This document shows, in pieces, positions 29,399-40,452 of a DNA stretch of 64,000 nucleotides. A model generated the notes under the pieces. The model made no database searches and was not told the DNA's origin. It worked only from the letters and a program-made list of their open reading frames with translations. Position numbers and translations under genes: made by a program. Position 1 is the first letter of the stretch, and every line of letters starts with the position of its first letter. The DNA lies in contig JBJONB010000002.1 of assembly GCA_046052045.1 (NCBI GenBank), forward strand, positions 7,846 through 71,845. The letters are read 5' to 3'. The stretch comes from Actinomycetota bacterium. Lineage in GTDB: Bacteria; Actinomycetota; Actinomycetes; Nanopelagicales; Nanopelagicaceae.

Positions 29399-32026
29399 AT
29401 GGCTACGAAGAGCAATTCGACGCAAAAGAGATTGCTACTTATCGATGGCCATTCAATGGCATATCGAGCCTTCTTCGCACTGCCTGCCGAAAACTTCACA
29501 ACAGCCCAAGGCCAGCACACCAACGCAATCTATGGCTTTGCGACGATGCTCATTTCCTTGCTCAAAGATGAAAAACCAACGCACGTAGCTGTTGCCTTCG
29601 ATGTTTCACGAAAGACATTTAGAACTGAGATATTTCCAGATTACAAAGCAAACCGAGCAAAGACCCCGGATGAGTTCCGCTCTCAGATGTCTTACTTACA
29701 TGAACTCGTTAAAGGTTTTGGCATTAACCAATTTAAAATCGAAGGTTTCGAAGCCGATGACATCATCGCAACCATTACTAAGCGTGCAGAGAAAGAGGGC
29801 GCCGAAGTTCTCATCTGTACTGGAGATCGCGACAGCTTCCAGCTTGTAACACCGCAGACCACAGTGCTCTATCCAAAGCGTGGAGTCTCCGAAATGGCGC
29901 GCATGACCCCTGATGCAGTGCAAGAGAAGTACGGAATGTCACCGGATCAATATCCAGATTTTGCAGCGTTGCGCGGAGATCCCAGCGATAACTTGCCATC
30001 GATTCCTGGTGTCGGTGAAAAGACTGCAGCAAAGTGGGTTGTCGAATATGGATCACTCACCGATCTTCTTGCGCAGGCCGACAAAGTGGGTGGCAAGGTA
30101 GGAGAGTCGCTGCGAGCAAATATTGATAATGTGAAGCGCAACCGCGAATTAACTCAACTGATTCATGACGCACCCATTGATTTCACGATTGATGCCTTGG
30201 CCTGGGGCGGTGTTACTGAATCAGACCTCACCGCACTCTTTGAGCAACTCGAATTCCGTACCCTTAAAGATCGCCTCAAAGTTATCTCATCGGGTGCAGA
30301 TAGTGCTCCTGCAAAGAAGTCAGCAAAGAGCGCCGAACCCGAATTCTCACTCTTTGGTTCAGATATCGACTCCTCGGTCTTGACTGCCGATGAGGTTAGT
30401 AAAAAGATTTCGGCACATACGGGCGCGATCTCAATTGCTTACGAACTTGTCGATGATCACCTTCATCGTTATGTAGTGGCCCTCGATAAGAAGACTGCAT
30501 TTCTTATTCATTCATCCGAGATGGGGGAGTGGGCCACTAATCCTGCTGTCGAAAAGCTGGCTCATGATGCAAAAGCGATTGCTCGTGAAAATGGGCTGAC
30601 AGGAATCACCTTCGATACATCCCTTGCCGCCTACCTGGTAAATCCAGGAGTACGTGCCCAAGAGGTGAAGGATTTACTCGAACGATGGGGCGATGGAAGT
30701 CAGATCGATGAATCTTCACCCGAACAGGTTCTGCTCACGACTGCATGTGCACTCTTTGGTCTCCGTGATTCACTCACCAAAGAACTCGCTGACCGCGGAC
30801 TGACAAAGCTCTATCAAGAACTTGAGCTTCCCATCGCTGACTTGTTAGCGCTGATGGAGAACCGTGGAATTGCCGTAGATAAGGAGGGTCTTGAAACCCT
30901 TGCCACGTTCTTTGATGGTGAAGTCGCTCGTGAAACAAAGGCGGCACACGAAGCAGCTGGCCATGAATTTAACGTGGGATCTCCAAAACAGTTACAGGTC
31001 GTCCTCTTTGATGAGCTAGGACTGCCAAAGACTAAGAAGATTAAGACCGGTTACACAACCGATGCCGATGCTCTCAACTGGCTCTTCGAGAAAACATCGC
31101 ACCCACTGCTCGCTTCCCTTCTTCGCATCCGCGAGACAAAGAAGTTGGCCACGACCATCGAAGGCCTGCTTGTAGAAATCCAGAAAGATAAGCGCATTCA
31201 CACCCACTTTGCACAAACCGTTGCAGCCACTGGTCGACTCTCTTCCGTGGGTCCTAACCTGCAGAACATTCCTGTGCGCACAGAAGAAGGTCGCAAAATC
31301 CGCGGTTGTTTTATCGCAGGAAGTGGATACGACGCTCTTCTGACTGCTGATTACAGCCAGATTGAAATGCGCATCATGGCTCATTTATCTAATGATGCAC
31401 ATCTACTGAAAGCCTTTGAATCCGGCGAAGATTTGCACGCAACTGTTGCCGCCGAAGTCTTTGGAGTAAAGCCAACTGATGTCGATCCCGAAATGCGCCG
31501 TCAGATTAAAGCTATGTCCTATGGACTTGCCTACGGATTAAGTTCTTACGGTTTAGCTGTGCAACTTGATTTAACTCCACCAGCAGCTCAAGATCTAATG
31601 GATCGCTATTTCGAACGCTTTGGCGGCATCCGTGATTACCTCAAGACTGTGGTCGATGATGCGCGCAAGATTGGGTACACCGAGACTGTTATGGGGCGTC
31701 GCCGCTATCTGCCAGATTTAATGCACGATAACCGACAACGTCGCGAAGTCGCAGAGCGCATGGCGCTCAATGCTCCGATTCAGGGATCAGCTGCCGACAT
31801 CATCAAGCAGGCAATGCTCAATGTTCAGAGCGCACTTGTCGCCGGTAAATTCACATCTCGACTCTTGCTTCAGGTGCACGATGAATTGATTCTTGAAGTA
31901 GTGACAAAGGAAATTGATGAAGTCTCAGAGTTAGTTCGCGTTCAGATGGGTAAGGCTTATCCGCTTCGCGCACCACTTGATGTCTCAGTTGGAATTGGAA
32001 AGAGCTGGAACGAGGCAGCTCACTAA
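29399..32026 (+). CDS. polA: DNA polymerase I
   Basis: 5'-3' exonuclease motifs LIDGHS and ALRGDPSDNLP; polymerase motifs ADYSQIEMR, KAMSYGLAYG and QVHDEL. Start placed at 29399, after TATGAT-N7. Confidence 0.97.
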   Translation: MATKSNSTQKRLLLIDGHSMAYRAFFALPAENFTTAQGQHTNAIYGFATMLISLLKDEKPTHVAVAFDVSRKTFRTEIFPDYKANRAKTPDEFRSQMSYLHELVKGFGINQFKIEGFEADDIIATITKRAEKEGAEVLICTGDRDSFQLVTPQTTVLYPKRGVSEMARMTPDAVQEKYGMSPDQYPDFAALRGDPSDNLPSIPGVGEKTAAKWVVEYGSLTDLLAQADKVGGKVGESLRANIDNVKRNRELTQLIHDAPIDFTIDALAWGGVTESDLTALFEQLEFRTLKDRLKVISSGADSAPAKKSAKSAEPEFSLFGSDIDSSVLTADEVSKKISAHTGAISIAYELVDDHLHRYVVALDKKTAFLIHSSEMGEWATNPAVEKLAHDAKAIARENGLTGITFDTSLAAYLVNPGVRAQEVKDLLERWGDGSQIDESSPEQVLLTTACALFGLRDSLTKELADRGLTKLYQELELPIADLLALMENRGIAVDKEGLETLATFFDGEVARETKAAHEAAGHEFNVGSPKQLQVVLFDELGLPKTKKIKTGYTTDADALNWLFEKTSHPLLASLLRIRETKKLATTIEGLLVEIQKDKRIHTHFAQTVAATGRLSSVGPNLQNIPVRTEEGRKIRGCFIAGSGYDALLTADYSQIEMRIMAHLSNDAHLLKAFESGEDLHATVAAEVFGVKPTDVDPEMRRQIKAMSYGLAYGLSSYGLAVQLDLTPPAAQDLMDRYFERFGGIRDYLKTVVDDARKIGYTETVMGRRRYLPDLMHDNRQRREVAERMALNAPIQGSAADIIKQAMLNVQSALVAGKFTSRLLLQVHDELILEVVTKEIDEVSELVRVQMGKAYPLRAPLDVSVGIGKSWNEAAH

Positions 32027-33249
32027 CTTGTAGTCGGAGAGTTATCTTTCATAGCTTCAAGATCTTCCTCATCGGTTGGAATTCGATCTGCTGCCACAAG
32101 TCGCGATTTACCGATTGCAAGAATGACGTAACCAATTCCGATACAAGCCGTGGTGATGCAGAGCGCAATTGTCGGCGAGAGATGTTCTGAGATAACTCCA
32201 CCTGCAGCTGATCCAATGGACATCAAAGTCCCTTCAACAGTCCAGAGCCAACCCATCATTGCAGTTGGTGAACCCTTTGGCCTGATCGCTTCCATCACTT
32301 CCCAATAGAAGACCATGATTGCTCCACCAAGAAGACCGAGTAAAGCTGCAGCAATAATCATTGACCAACCTGGATATGACAGAGCCATAGGAATTGATGC
32401 AAAGAACCAAATTCCATATGTGCGTCGCATTGCTCGTAGCGATGATGTTCTTTTAGAGACAAGGCCTGCGAGAAGACCGCCCAAGATATTTGCAACTCCC
32501 ATAGAGGTAAAGATCCACGCGGTCAGATGCGGAACCCTCTCGATAGTTGTAAAGGCAGGTACCGCAACATCGAAGACGCCCCAACCAAAACCGAGGAAAC
32601 AGCCTTCAATCATTAAGAGTTGAAGCGGTTTATGGCGCCAGAGCGGTTGGTAATCTGCTGCTTTCTTCTCCGGAACCCAACTGCGTGAAACTTTTGTAAG
32701 AGCGAGTGCGCCGCCACCTAACAACATCAATCCGCCGACGATGTTGAGCGGAAGTGATGGATTAGATGAGAGAGCCAATGAAGTTGCAACAACTGGACCA
32801 ACAACACCAGCTGTGCTCATGATTGCCGTATCCATTGCGTAAGCAGTGCGAAGGAAATCGTCTGGAACGATGATCTTCCACAATGGGCGCACGGATAAGT
32901 TAATTGGGGGAGCGCTTAGCCCCATTACAAATGCGAGGATCAACATCCACGATTTTGACTCCACTGCGTTGAGAGCAAACGCCATTCCAGCATAAGTAGG
33001 AACCATGATGCGAAGTGGCCACGTTTGACCGTACTTATCCATAATCGATCCGCGGATTCCTGCGGTGAAAGAACCGGCTGCAGCATTCAATCCAATGGCA
33101 ATACCCGCGAATGCAACGGAATCTGTTGATTGTTCAGCTTTAAAAAAGATCGACAATCCGACCATTCCATATGCAACGCGAGCAGGAAAACAAGCGATGA
33201 GCAGGGTCCAGACATTAGGAATCCCGAATAACTCGATATAGCGCTTCAT
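32023..33249 (-). CDS. MFS transporter
   Basis: 408 aa with about 12 hydrophobic segments; motif-A-like GSIMDKYGQ. Confidence 0.85.
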   Translation of the reverse strand: MKRYIELFGIPNVWTLLIACFPARVAYGMVGLSIFFKAEQSTDSVAFAGIAIGLNAAAGSFTAGIRGSIMDKYGQTWPLRIMVPTYAGMAFALNAVESKSWMLILAFVMGLSAPPINLSVRPLWKIIVPDDFLRTAYAMDTAIMSTAGVVGPVVATSLALSSNPSLPLNIVGGLMLLGGGALALTKVSRSWVPEKKAADYQPLWRHKPLQLLMIEGCFLGFGWGVFDVAVPAFTTIERVPHLTAWIFTSMGVANILGGLLAGLVSKRTSSLRAMRRTYGIWFFASIPMALSYPGWSMIIAAALLGLLGGAIMVFYWEVMEAIRPKGSPTAMMGWLWTVEGTLMSIGSAAGGVISEHLSPTIALCITTACIGIGYVILAIGKSRLVAADRIPTDEEDLEAMKDNSPTTS

Positions 33250-33293
33250 TTGCCTGCAATTCTATTGGGTTGGCCATCTTTCTAAGCGGGGAT

Positions 33294-33397
33294 TTGCCTG
33301 TAAATCACCCCCGCCCGTACTCTTACGCTCCTGATAATTCATTATCGGGAAAATTTCATAGTCCTATCCCTACTACTTTCTATCCCTACGGAGCATC
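33294..33397 (+). promoter_or_regulatory. rpsA promoter and leader
   Basis: -35 TTGCCT (33294), 18 nt, -10 TACTCT (33318); 5' hairpin at 33329-33350; CTATCCCTAC direct repeat; GGAG SD; TTG start. Confidence 0.6.
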
Positions 33398-34729
33398 TTG
33401 ACTACACAAATTGCAGTAAATGACATTGGATCAGCAGAAGATTTTCTAGCCGCAATCGAAGGCACAATCAGAAATTTCAGTGACGGAGACCTCGTCATTG
33501 GCACAGTCGTTCAAATTGATCGCGAAGAAGTACTCCTAGACGTCGGTTACAAGACTGAAGGCGTAATTCCATCACGCGAACTCTCTATCCGCCACGATGC
33601 AGATCCAAATGACATCGTAAAAGTTGGAGATAAAGTCGAAGCTCTTGTTCTTCAGAAGGAAGATAAAGAAGGACGCCTCATCCTTTCTAAGAAGCGTGCT
33701 CAGTACGAGCGTGCATGGGGAGAGATTGAAGGCAAGAAGGAACGCGACGAAGTTGTCGTTGGAACAGTTATTGAAGTTGTTAAGGGCGGACTCATCGTCG
33801 ACATCGGATTGCGTGGCTTCTTGCCAGCTTCCCTCGTCGAAATGCGTCGCGTTCGTGACCTCACTCCTTACATCGGTAAGCAGGTTGAGGCTCGCATCAT
33901 CGAGCTCGACAAGAATCGCAACAACGTTGTGCTTTCACGTCGTGCATTCCTTGAGCAAACACAGTCACAGTCACGCACTGAATTCCTTAACCAGCTCCAA
34001 AAGGGTCAGGTTCGTACAGGTGTTGTCTCATCAATCGTTAACTTCGGTGCATTCGTTGACCTTGGTGGCGTAGATGGTCTCGTTCACGTTTCAGAGCTTT
34101 CATGGAAGCACATCGATCACCCAGGTGAAGTTGTTGAAGTTGGCGATGAAGTAACAGTAGAAGTTCTCGAAGTTGATTTCGAGCGCGAGCGTGTTTCTCT
34201 CTCACTCAAGGCGACACAGGAAGATCCATGGCAGGCATTTGCACGTACCCACACAATTAACACTGTTGTGCCAGGCGTCGTGACAAAGCTTGTTCCATTC
34301 GGTGCATTCATCCGTGTTCACGAGGGAATTGAAGGCCTCGTTCACATCTCAGAGTTGGCAGAACGCCACGTTGAGATTCCAGAGCAGGTTGTTGCAGTAG
34401 ATGACGAACTCTTCGTCAAGATCATCGATATCGATCTTGAGCGTCGTCGCATCTCACTCTCATTGAAGCAAGCAAATGAAGGAACTGAAGTTGAGATCGA
34501 AGCATTCGATCCAACACAGTACGGAATGGCTGCTCGCTACGATGCTGAAGGAAACTTCATCTACCCAGAAGGTTTCGATCCTGATACACAGGAATGGAAG
34601 CCAGGCTTTGATTCACAGCGTGAAGAGTGGGAGCGTCAGTACGCTGTTGCTCAAGAGCGCTTCATGGCACATAAGAAGCAGAAGGCAGAAGCAAAGGCAG
34701 CTGAAGAAGCTGCTGTTGTAGCTGAATAA
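33398..34729 (+). CDS. rpsA: 30S ribosomal protein S1
   Basis: AVNDIGSAEDFLAAI N-terminus, four S1 repeats (FGAFV..., GLVHVSELS) and strong codon bias. Confidence 0.97.
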   Translation: MTTQIAVNDIGSAEDFLAAIEGTIRNFSDGDLVIGTVVQIDREEVLLDVGYKTEGVIPSRELSIRHDADPNDIVKVGDKVEALVLQKEDKEGRLILSKKRAQYERAWGEIEGKKERDEVVVGTVIEVVKGGLIVDIGLRGFLPASLVEMRRVRDLTPYIGKQVEARIIELDKNRNNVVLSRRAFLEQTQSQSRTEFLNQLQKGQVRTGVVSSIVNFGAFVDLGGVDGLVHVSELSWKHIDHPGEVVEVGDEVTVEVLEVDFERERVSLSLKATQEDPWQAFARTHTINTVVPGVVTKLVPFGAFIRVHEGIEGLVHISELAERHVEIPEQVVAVDDELFVKIIDIDLERRRISLSLKQANEGTEVEIEAFDPTQYGMAARYDAEGNFIYPEGFDPDTQEWKPGFDSQREEWERQYAVAQERFMAHKKQKAEAKAAEEAAVVAE

Positions 34730-34737
34730 TTCTCTAT

Positions 34738-34807
34738 AAAAAAGAGACTCATACGGGTCGCGAGCTGCTTCTTAACCTCGCTTACCCCGCATGAGTCTCT
34801 TTTTTTT
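34738..34807 (+). terminator. long intrinsic terminator after rpsA, possibly bidirectional
   Basis: A6-GAGACTCAT...ATGAGTCTC-T8, with inner CGGG/CCCG and GCGAG/CTCGC stems. Confidence 0.8.
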
Positions 34808-34864
34808 GATTCTCAAATGACTCAGACAACGGCAGGTTCTTCCGCCACGAATGAGGGTGGAAGG

Positions 34865-34870
34865 TAGGGT
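34865..34870 (+). promoter_or_regulatory. putative -10 (ggTAGGGT) for leaderless coaE
   Basis: TAGGGT-N6-ATG. Confidence 0.5.
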
Positions 34871-34876
34871 AAGTAC

Positions 34877-35473
34877 ATGTTGGTGGTGGGGCTTACTGGT
34901 GGAATTGGTGCAGGCAAATCAACTGTCGCCGAGCTCTTTGCACGCTTAGGTGCACTAGTTATTGATGCCGATCAACTTGCACGTATGGCTATTGAACGCG
35001 GTTCTGATGGATTTGCAGATGTCATGCTCCGCTTCGGTGAAGATGTCATTGTCAATGGAGATATCGATCGTAAGAAGTTAGCTGAAATTGTTTTTAGCGA
35101 TGAGCAAGCTCGCAAAGATTTAGAAGCGATTATTCATCCGCGGGTACATGCCCTCTTTGCCGAAGCTGTGGCTGATTTAGACCACGATGACATTTTGATC
35201 TACGAAATCCCGCTCCTTGTCGAGACCGGTGCTGCTGAAAAGTTTGACTATGTGATAACCGTCGAATCTGAGATTGAACTCCGCAAGTCACGGCTTCTCA
35301 AGAAGGGGCTCTATATCTCCCAGATTGAAAAGCGAATGGCTTCGCAGGCATCAGAGGAAGCCCGCACAGCAGTGGCGGATTCCGTAATTCGCAATGATGG
35401 AGATGAAGATTCCCTGCTCAGACAGGTGGAAAATCTCTGGGAGAGCGTTCTCGTTCCGCAATCGCTAGGCTAA
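34877..35473 (+). CDS. coaE: dephospho-CoA kinase
   Basis: [24 protein letters not shown] and IPLLVE motifs. Confidence 0.96.
   Translation: MLVVGLTGGIGAGKSTVAELFARLGALVIDADQLARMAIERGSDGFADVMLRFGEDVIVNGDIDRKKLAEIVFSDEQARKDLEAIIHPRVHALFAEAVADLDHDDILIYEIPLLVETGAAEKFDYVITVESEIELRKSRLLKKGLYISQIEKRMASQASEEARTAVADSVIRNDGDEDSLLRQVENLWESVLVPQSLG
35466..35471 (+). promoter_or_regulatory. putative -10 (TAGGCT) for leaderless uvrB
   Basis: TAGGCT-N6-GTG within the coaE 3' end. Confidence 0.55.
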
Positions 35474-35477
35474 CCAC

Positions 35478-37553
35478 GTGCGCCCAGTAACCGATTTACA
35501 GCGAAAGGTCGCACCCTTTCAAGTCATCAGCGATTATGTTCCTGCCGGCGATCAGCCCGCTGCCATCGAAGAAATCACACGCCGCATTAATGCAGGCGAA
35601 CAAGATGTTGTACTTTTAGGAGCAACAGGTACCGGAAAGTCAGCAACAACTGCTTGGTTGATTGAGCGCCTGCAGCGCCCCACATTGGTTCTGGCTCCCA
35701 ACAAGACTCTTGCTGCTCAGCTTGCCACTGAATTCCGCGAGCTGCTGCCTAATAACGCTGTCGAATACTTCGTCTCGTATTACGACTACTACCAACCCGA
35801 AGCCTATGTGCCACAAACTGATACCTTCATCGAGAAGGATTCAAGTGTTAACGATGAAGTCGAACGTCTTCGCCACTCTGCAACTAACTCACTTCTCACT
35901 CGCCGCGATGTCATCGTTGTAGCAACAGTCTCGTGCATTTACGGTCTTGGTACGCCGCAGGAGTACATCGACCGCATGATTCGCCTCAAAGTCGGCGATG
36001 AAATCGAGCGCAATGTATTGCTTCGCAAGTTTGTCGATGTTCAGTACAAGAGAAACGATATGGCTTTCGAACGTGGAACTTTCCGCGTCCGTGGGGATAC
36101 TGTCGAAATTATTCCTATGTATGAGGAGCTCGCGGTTCGCATCGAGATGTTTGGCGATGAAATTGAAAAGATCATGACCCTTAATCCGCTTACCGGCGAG
36201 ATTGTGCGGGACGAAGAAGAGATCTACATCTTCCCAGCTACACACTATGCAGCGGGTCCCGAAACCATGAAGCGCGCGATGGGGGAGATTGAAGATGAGC
36301 TTCAGATTCAACTCAATCTCTTTAAGAAGCAGGGAAAGTTGCTGGAAGAACAGCGTCTTCGCATGCGCACGACTTTTGACCTCGAAATGATGCAGCAACT
36401 CGGATTCTGTTCAGGAATTGAAAACTACTCCCGCCACCTCGATGGTCGCGCTCCAGGTTCTGCACCTAACTGCCTACTCGATTACTTCCCAGAAGATTTC
36501 CTTGTTGTGATTGATGAAAGCCATGTGACCGTTCCGCAGATTGGTGCGATGTTTGAAGGCGATTCAGCACGCAAGCGCACACTTGTGGAACATGGTTTCC
36601 GCTTACCAAGTGCGCTCGATAACCGACCACTGAAGTGGCCCGAATTTCTTGAACGCACTGGTCAGACTATTTATCTCTCCGCAACGCCTGGAAAGTATGA
36701 AATGGCGAAAGTTAATGGAGATGTTGTCGAGCAAGTAATCCGCCCAACAGGCCTTGTCGATCCACAAATCGTTATCAAACCAATTAAGGGCCAGATCGAT
36801 GACCTCTTGCACGAGATCAATATTCGCGCCGAGCGCAATGAACGCGTTCTTGTAACTACCTTAACTAAGAAGATGTCAGAAGATCTCACTGATTACCTTC
36901 AAGAGAAAGGCGTTCGAGTTCGATACTTACACTCTGAGGTAGACACTCTTCGACGCGTCGAGCTTCTGCGCGAACTTCGTAGCGGTGAATATGACGTTCT
37001 TATCGGTATCAACTTGCTCCGCGAAGGTCTGGATTTACCTGAAGTTTCACTTGTTGCAATTCTTGATGCTGATAAAGAAGGTTTCTTGCGATCTGCAACA
37101 TCTCTCATTCAGACCATCGGTCGAGCCGCTCGAAATGTTTCGGGTGAAGTACATATGTATGCCGACAATATGACCGCATCAATGACTAAGGCGATTGATG
37201 AGACAAACCGCCGCCGCGCAAAGCAGGTCGCCTATAACCTTGAACGAGGCGTCGACCCACAACCGCTACGTAAGAAGATTTCAGATATCACCGATCTCAT
37301 CGCACAAGAGAGCGATGACACAGATGACATCATGGCAGCGCTCAAGGGAAAGAAGTCCAGCTCCGTTCTTCCGTTCTCTTCGAAGCCAACTGACTCTATG
37401 CCGCGCCAAGAACTCATTGCGTTGATAGGCTCCCTCACCGAGCAGATGCGTAGCGCCGCTGATGAACTTCAATTTGAACTCGCAGCGCGTTTACGTGATG
37501 AACTCAAAGACTTAAAGCGCGAACTTCGCGGAATGGATGAGGCTGGCACATGA
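35478..37553 (+). CDS. uvrB: excinuclease ABC subunit B
   Basis: [18 protein letters not shown] beta-hairpin, DESH and a C-terminal UVR domain. Confidence 0.98.
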   Translation: MRPVTDLQRKVAPFQVISDYVPAGDQPAAIEEITRRINAGEQDVVLLGATGTGKSATTAWLIERLQRPTLVLAPNKTLAAQLATEFRELLPNNAVEYFVSYYDYYQPEAYVPQTDTFIEKDSSVNDEVERLRHSATNSLLTRRDVIVVATVSCIYGLGTPQEYIDRMIRLKVGDEIERNVLLRKFVDVQYKRNDMAFERGTFRVRGDTVEIIPMYEELAVRIEMFGDEIEKIMTLNPLTGEIVRDEEEIYIFPATHYAAGPETMKRAMGEIEDELQIQLNLFKKQGKLLEEQRLRMRTTFDLEMMQQLGFCSGIENYSRHLDGRAPGSAPNCLLDYFPEDFLVVIDESHVTVPQIGAMFEGDSARKRTLVEHGFRLPSALDNRPLKWPEFLERTGQTIYLSATPGKYEMAKVNGDVVEQVIRPTGLVDPQIVIKPIKGQIDDLLHEINIRAERNERVLVTTLTKKMSEDLTDYLQEKGVRVRYLHSEVDTLRRVELLRELRSGEYDVLIGINLLREGLDLPEVSLVAILDADKEGFLRSATSLIQTIGRAARNVSGEVHMYADNMTASMTKAIDETNRRRAKQVAYNLERGVDPQPLRKKISDITDLIAQESDDTDDIMAALKGKKSSSVLPFSSKPTDSMPRQELIALIGSLTEQMRSAADELQFELAARLRDELKDLKRELRGMDEAGT

Positions 37554-40450
37554 GCATCGATAAGTTGGTTGTCCGCGGAGCCCGCGAACATAACCTCAAA
37601 GATGTCTCCATCGAACTCCCACGCGATGCGCTGATTGTCTTTACTGGACTTTCCGGATCAGGTAAATCAAGCCTGGCCTTCGACACAATCTTTGCTGAAG
37701 GACAGCGCCGTTATGTCGAATCACTTTCTGCTTATGCGCGCCAGTTCTTGGGGCAGATGGATAAGCCCGATGTTGATTTCATCGAAGGACTTTCACCTGC
37801 TGTCTCAATCGATCAGAAATCAACTAACCGCAACCCGCGTTCGACAGTTGGAACCATCACTGAGGTCTATGACTATTTCCGTCTGCTCTTTGCGCGTGCA
37901 GGTCGCCCACATTGTCCAAAGTGTTCAAAGGCAGTTTCTCGGCAGAGTCCACAGCAGATCGTTGATCAGATTCTTGCGATGCCAGCAACCACAAAGTTTC
38001 AGGTTTTAGCTCCCGTCATTCGCGAACGTAAAGGTGAGTTCGTCGATCTCTTTGCAGATCTCGTAACGCAGGGCTATTCCCGTGCTCGCGTTGATGGCGA
38101 AACCATTCAACTTACCGAGCCTCCAAAGCTGAAGAAGCAAGAGAAGCACACTATTGAGGTTGTTATTGATCGCCTTACCGCGAAGGCTGAGAGCAAGTCT
38201 CGCCTCACCGATTCCATTGAAACCGCACTCAAACTCGGTAACGGTTTAGTGCTCCTGGACTTCGTTGATGCGAAAGGTCCTGAGAAAGAACATACATATA
38301 GCGAGCATCTTGCTTGCCATGATTGCAATCTCTCTTTTGAAGAGCTCGAACCACGTTCATTCTCATTTAACTCACCCTTTGGTGCCTGCGCTGAATGTTC
38401 AGGTATCGGAACCAAACTAGAGGTCGATGAAGATCTCATCATTCCCGATGACTCAATCTCAATTAATGAAGGTGCAATTGCACCATGGGCTGGGGGACAG
38501 TCATCTGAATACTTCCTTCGTCTCCTTGAAGCGCTCTCTGAAGAACTTCGTTTCTCGCTAGATAACCCTTGGAAGAAGCTTTCAGCAAAAGCGAAAGATG
38601 CAATCATCAATGGCTTTGAGTATGAAGTGCACGTTAAATTTAAGAACCGTTATGGTCGCGTTCGTAACTATTCGACGGGTTTTGAGGGCGTAGTTCCATT
38701 TATCCATCGTCGCCACAGCGAGACAGATAGCGATTACAGCCGCGATAAGTACGAGGCCTATATGCGCGAAACTCCATGCCCAGCATGCAAGGGAGCGCGT
38801 CTTAAGCCTGAAGTTCTTGCAGTAACGCTTGGTGGAAAGAGCATCGCTGAAGTCTGCGCGCTCTCCATCGATGACTGTGCAACATTTCTCAAGCAAGTAA
38901 CTCTCAATAAACGTGAGGCGCAGATTGCTGAACGTGTGATGAAGGAAGTCCACGCACGTCTTGGCTTCTTGCTCGATGTCGGACTTGATTACCTTTCACT
39001 CGATCGCCCAGCAGCAACACTTTCAGGTGGTGAAGCGCAACGTATTCGTTTAGCAACACAGATTGGCTCAGGTCTTGTCGGCGTCCTCTATGTTCTTGAT
39101 GAACCCTCTATCGGACTTCATCAGCGCGATAACCGCCGCCTGATTGACACTCTTACTCGCCTTCGCGATCTTGGAAATACTCTTATCGTTGTTGAACACG
39201 ATGAGGAAACAATCCGTACCGCTGACTGGGTAGTTGATATCGGCCCAGGTGCGGGCGAACACGGCGGTAAAGTTGTCGTCTCAGGTTCTTATGAAGAACT
39301 CATTGCTTCAGAGGAATCAATTACTGGCGCCTATTTGTCAGGCCGCAGATCTATTGAGATACCAGATTCTCGCCGACCCGTTGATCCCAAGCGTCAGCTT
39401 GTTATCAAGGGTGCAAAAGAAAATAACCTGAAAGATATCGAAGTGTCGATCCCTCTTGGACTCTTTGTTTCAGTGACTGGCGTTTCTGGTTCTGGAAAAT
39501 CAACACTTGTAAATGACATTCTCTATACAACTCTTGCCAACAAACTCAATGGAGCTCGTCTTGTTCCTGGCCGACACCGCACCGTTACCGGAATCGATCA
39601 ACTAGATAAAGTTGTCCACGTTGATCAATCTCCTATCGGTCGTACGCCACGTTCAAACCCAGCTACCTACACAGGCGTTTTCGATAAGGTCCGCGCGCTC
39701 TTCGCCGAAACTTCTGAAGCTAAGGTCCGCGGATATCAACAAGGTCGCTTCTCATTTAACGTTAAGGGCGGCCGCTGCGAGAACTGTTCAGGCGATGGAA
39801 CCATCACAATCGAGATGAACTTCCTTCCAGATGTCTATGTTCCATGCGAAGTCTGCCATGGTGCGCGTTACAACCGCGAGACTCTTGAAGTTCATTACAA
39901 GGGTAAGACGATTGCTCAAGTTCTCGATATGCCAATCGAGATTGCCCACGAATTCTTTGAATCCGTTCCTACTATCGCGCGCTATCTCAAGACGCTCTGC
40001 GATGTAGGTCTTGGCTACGTCCGCCTAGGTCAATCTGCACCAACGCTTTCAGGCGGAGAAGCGCAGCGCGTCAAGCTTGCTACTGAACTTCAGCGACGTT
40101 CTACCGGTCGCACAATTTATGTTCTCGACGAGCCAACCACCGGACTTCACTTTGAAGATGTCAATAAACTCTTAGGAGTTCTTAAGCGTCTCGTTGAATC
40201 AGGAAATACAGTCATCGTTATTGAACATAATCTCGATGTCATCAAATCATCCGACTGGGTGATCGATATGGGACCTGAAGGCGGGTTCCGTGGCGGAACT
40301 GTTGTTGCCGAAGGAACACCTGAAGAAGTTGCGAAGGTTAAGGGAAGTTACACAGGGCAGTACCTTGCTGAGATCCTGGCGACTAATCGCAAAGCAACTC
40401 CTACAAAGACTCCAGCAAAAGCTGCGGCTAAGACTCCCGTAAAGAAGTAA
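37550..40450 (+). CDS. uvrA: excinuclease ABC subunit A
   Basis: Two ABC ATPase domains ([24 protein letters not shown] twice) and zinc fingers. Confidence 0.98.
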   Translation: MSIDKLVVRGAREHNLKDVSIELPRDALIVFTGLSGSGKSSLAFDTIFAEGQRRYVESLSAYARQFLGQMDKPDVDFIEGLSPAVSIDQKSTNRNPRSTVGTITEVYDYFRLLFARAGRPHCPKCSKAVSRQSPQQIVDQILAMPATTKFQVLAPVIRERKGEFVDLFADLVTQGYSRARVDGETIQLTEPPKLKKQEKHTIEVVIDRLTAKAESKSRLTDSIETALKLGNGLVLLDFVDAKGPEKEHTYSEHLACHDCNLSFEELEPRSFSFNSPFGACAECSGIGTKLEVDEDLIIPDDSISINEGAIAPWAGGQSSEYFLRLLEALSEELRFSLDNPWKKLSAKAKDAIINGFEYEVHVKFKNRYGRVRNYSTGFEGVVPFIHRRHSETDSDYSRDKYEAYMRETPCPACKGARLKPEVLAVTLGGKSIAEVCALSIDDCATFLKQVTLNKREAQIAERVMKEVHARLGFLLDVGLDYLSLDRPAATLSGGEAQRIRLATQIGSGLVGVLYVLDEPSIGLHQRDNRRLIDTLTRLRDLGNTLIVVEHDEETIRTADWVVDIGPGAGEHGGKVVVSGSYEELIASEESITGAYLSGRRSIEIPDSRRPVDPKRQLVIKGAKENNLKDIEVSIPLGLFVSVTGVSGSGKSTLVNDILYTTLANKLNGARLVPGRHRTVTGIDQLDKVVHVDQSPIGRTPRSNPATYTGVFDKVRALFAETSEAKVRGYQQGRFSFNVKGGRCENCSGDGTITIEMNFLPDVYVPCEVCHGARYNRETLEVHYKGKTIAQVLDMPIEIAHEFFESVPTIARYLKTLCDVGLGYVRLGQSAPTLSGGEAQRVKLATELQRRSTGRTIYVLDEPTTGLHFEDVNKLLGVLKRLVESGNTVIVIEHNLDVIKSSDWVIDMGPEGGFRGGTVVAEGTPEEVAKVKGSYTGQYLAEILATNRKATPTKTPAKAAAKTPVKK

Positions 40451-40452
40451 CA

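Noticed and set aside
29368-29523. ORF-track N-terminal extension of the thioesterase overlapping polA
   Set aside because: Similarity to hotdog thioesterases begins near MTEPDY; the extension is antisense to the polA 5' end
34839-34863. 8-bp inverted repeat upstream of coaE
   Set aside because: Contains a G-T pair and a 9-nt loop, has no U-tract and no support for a function
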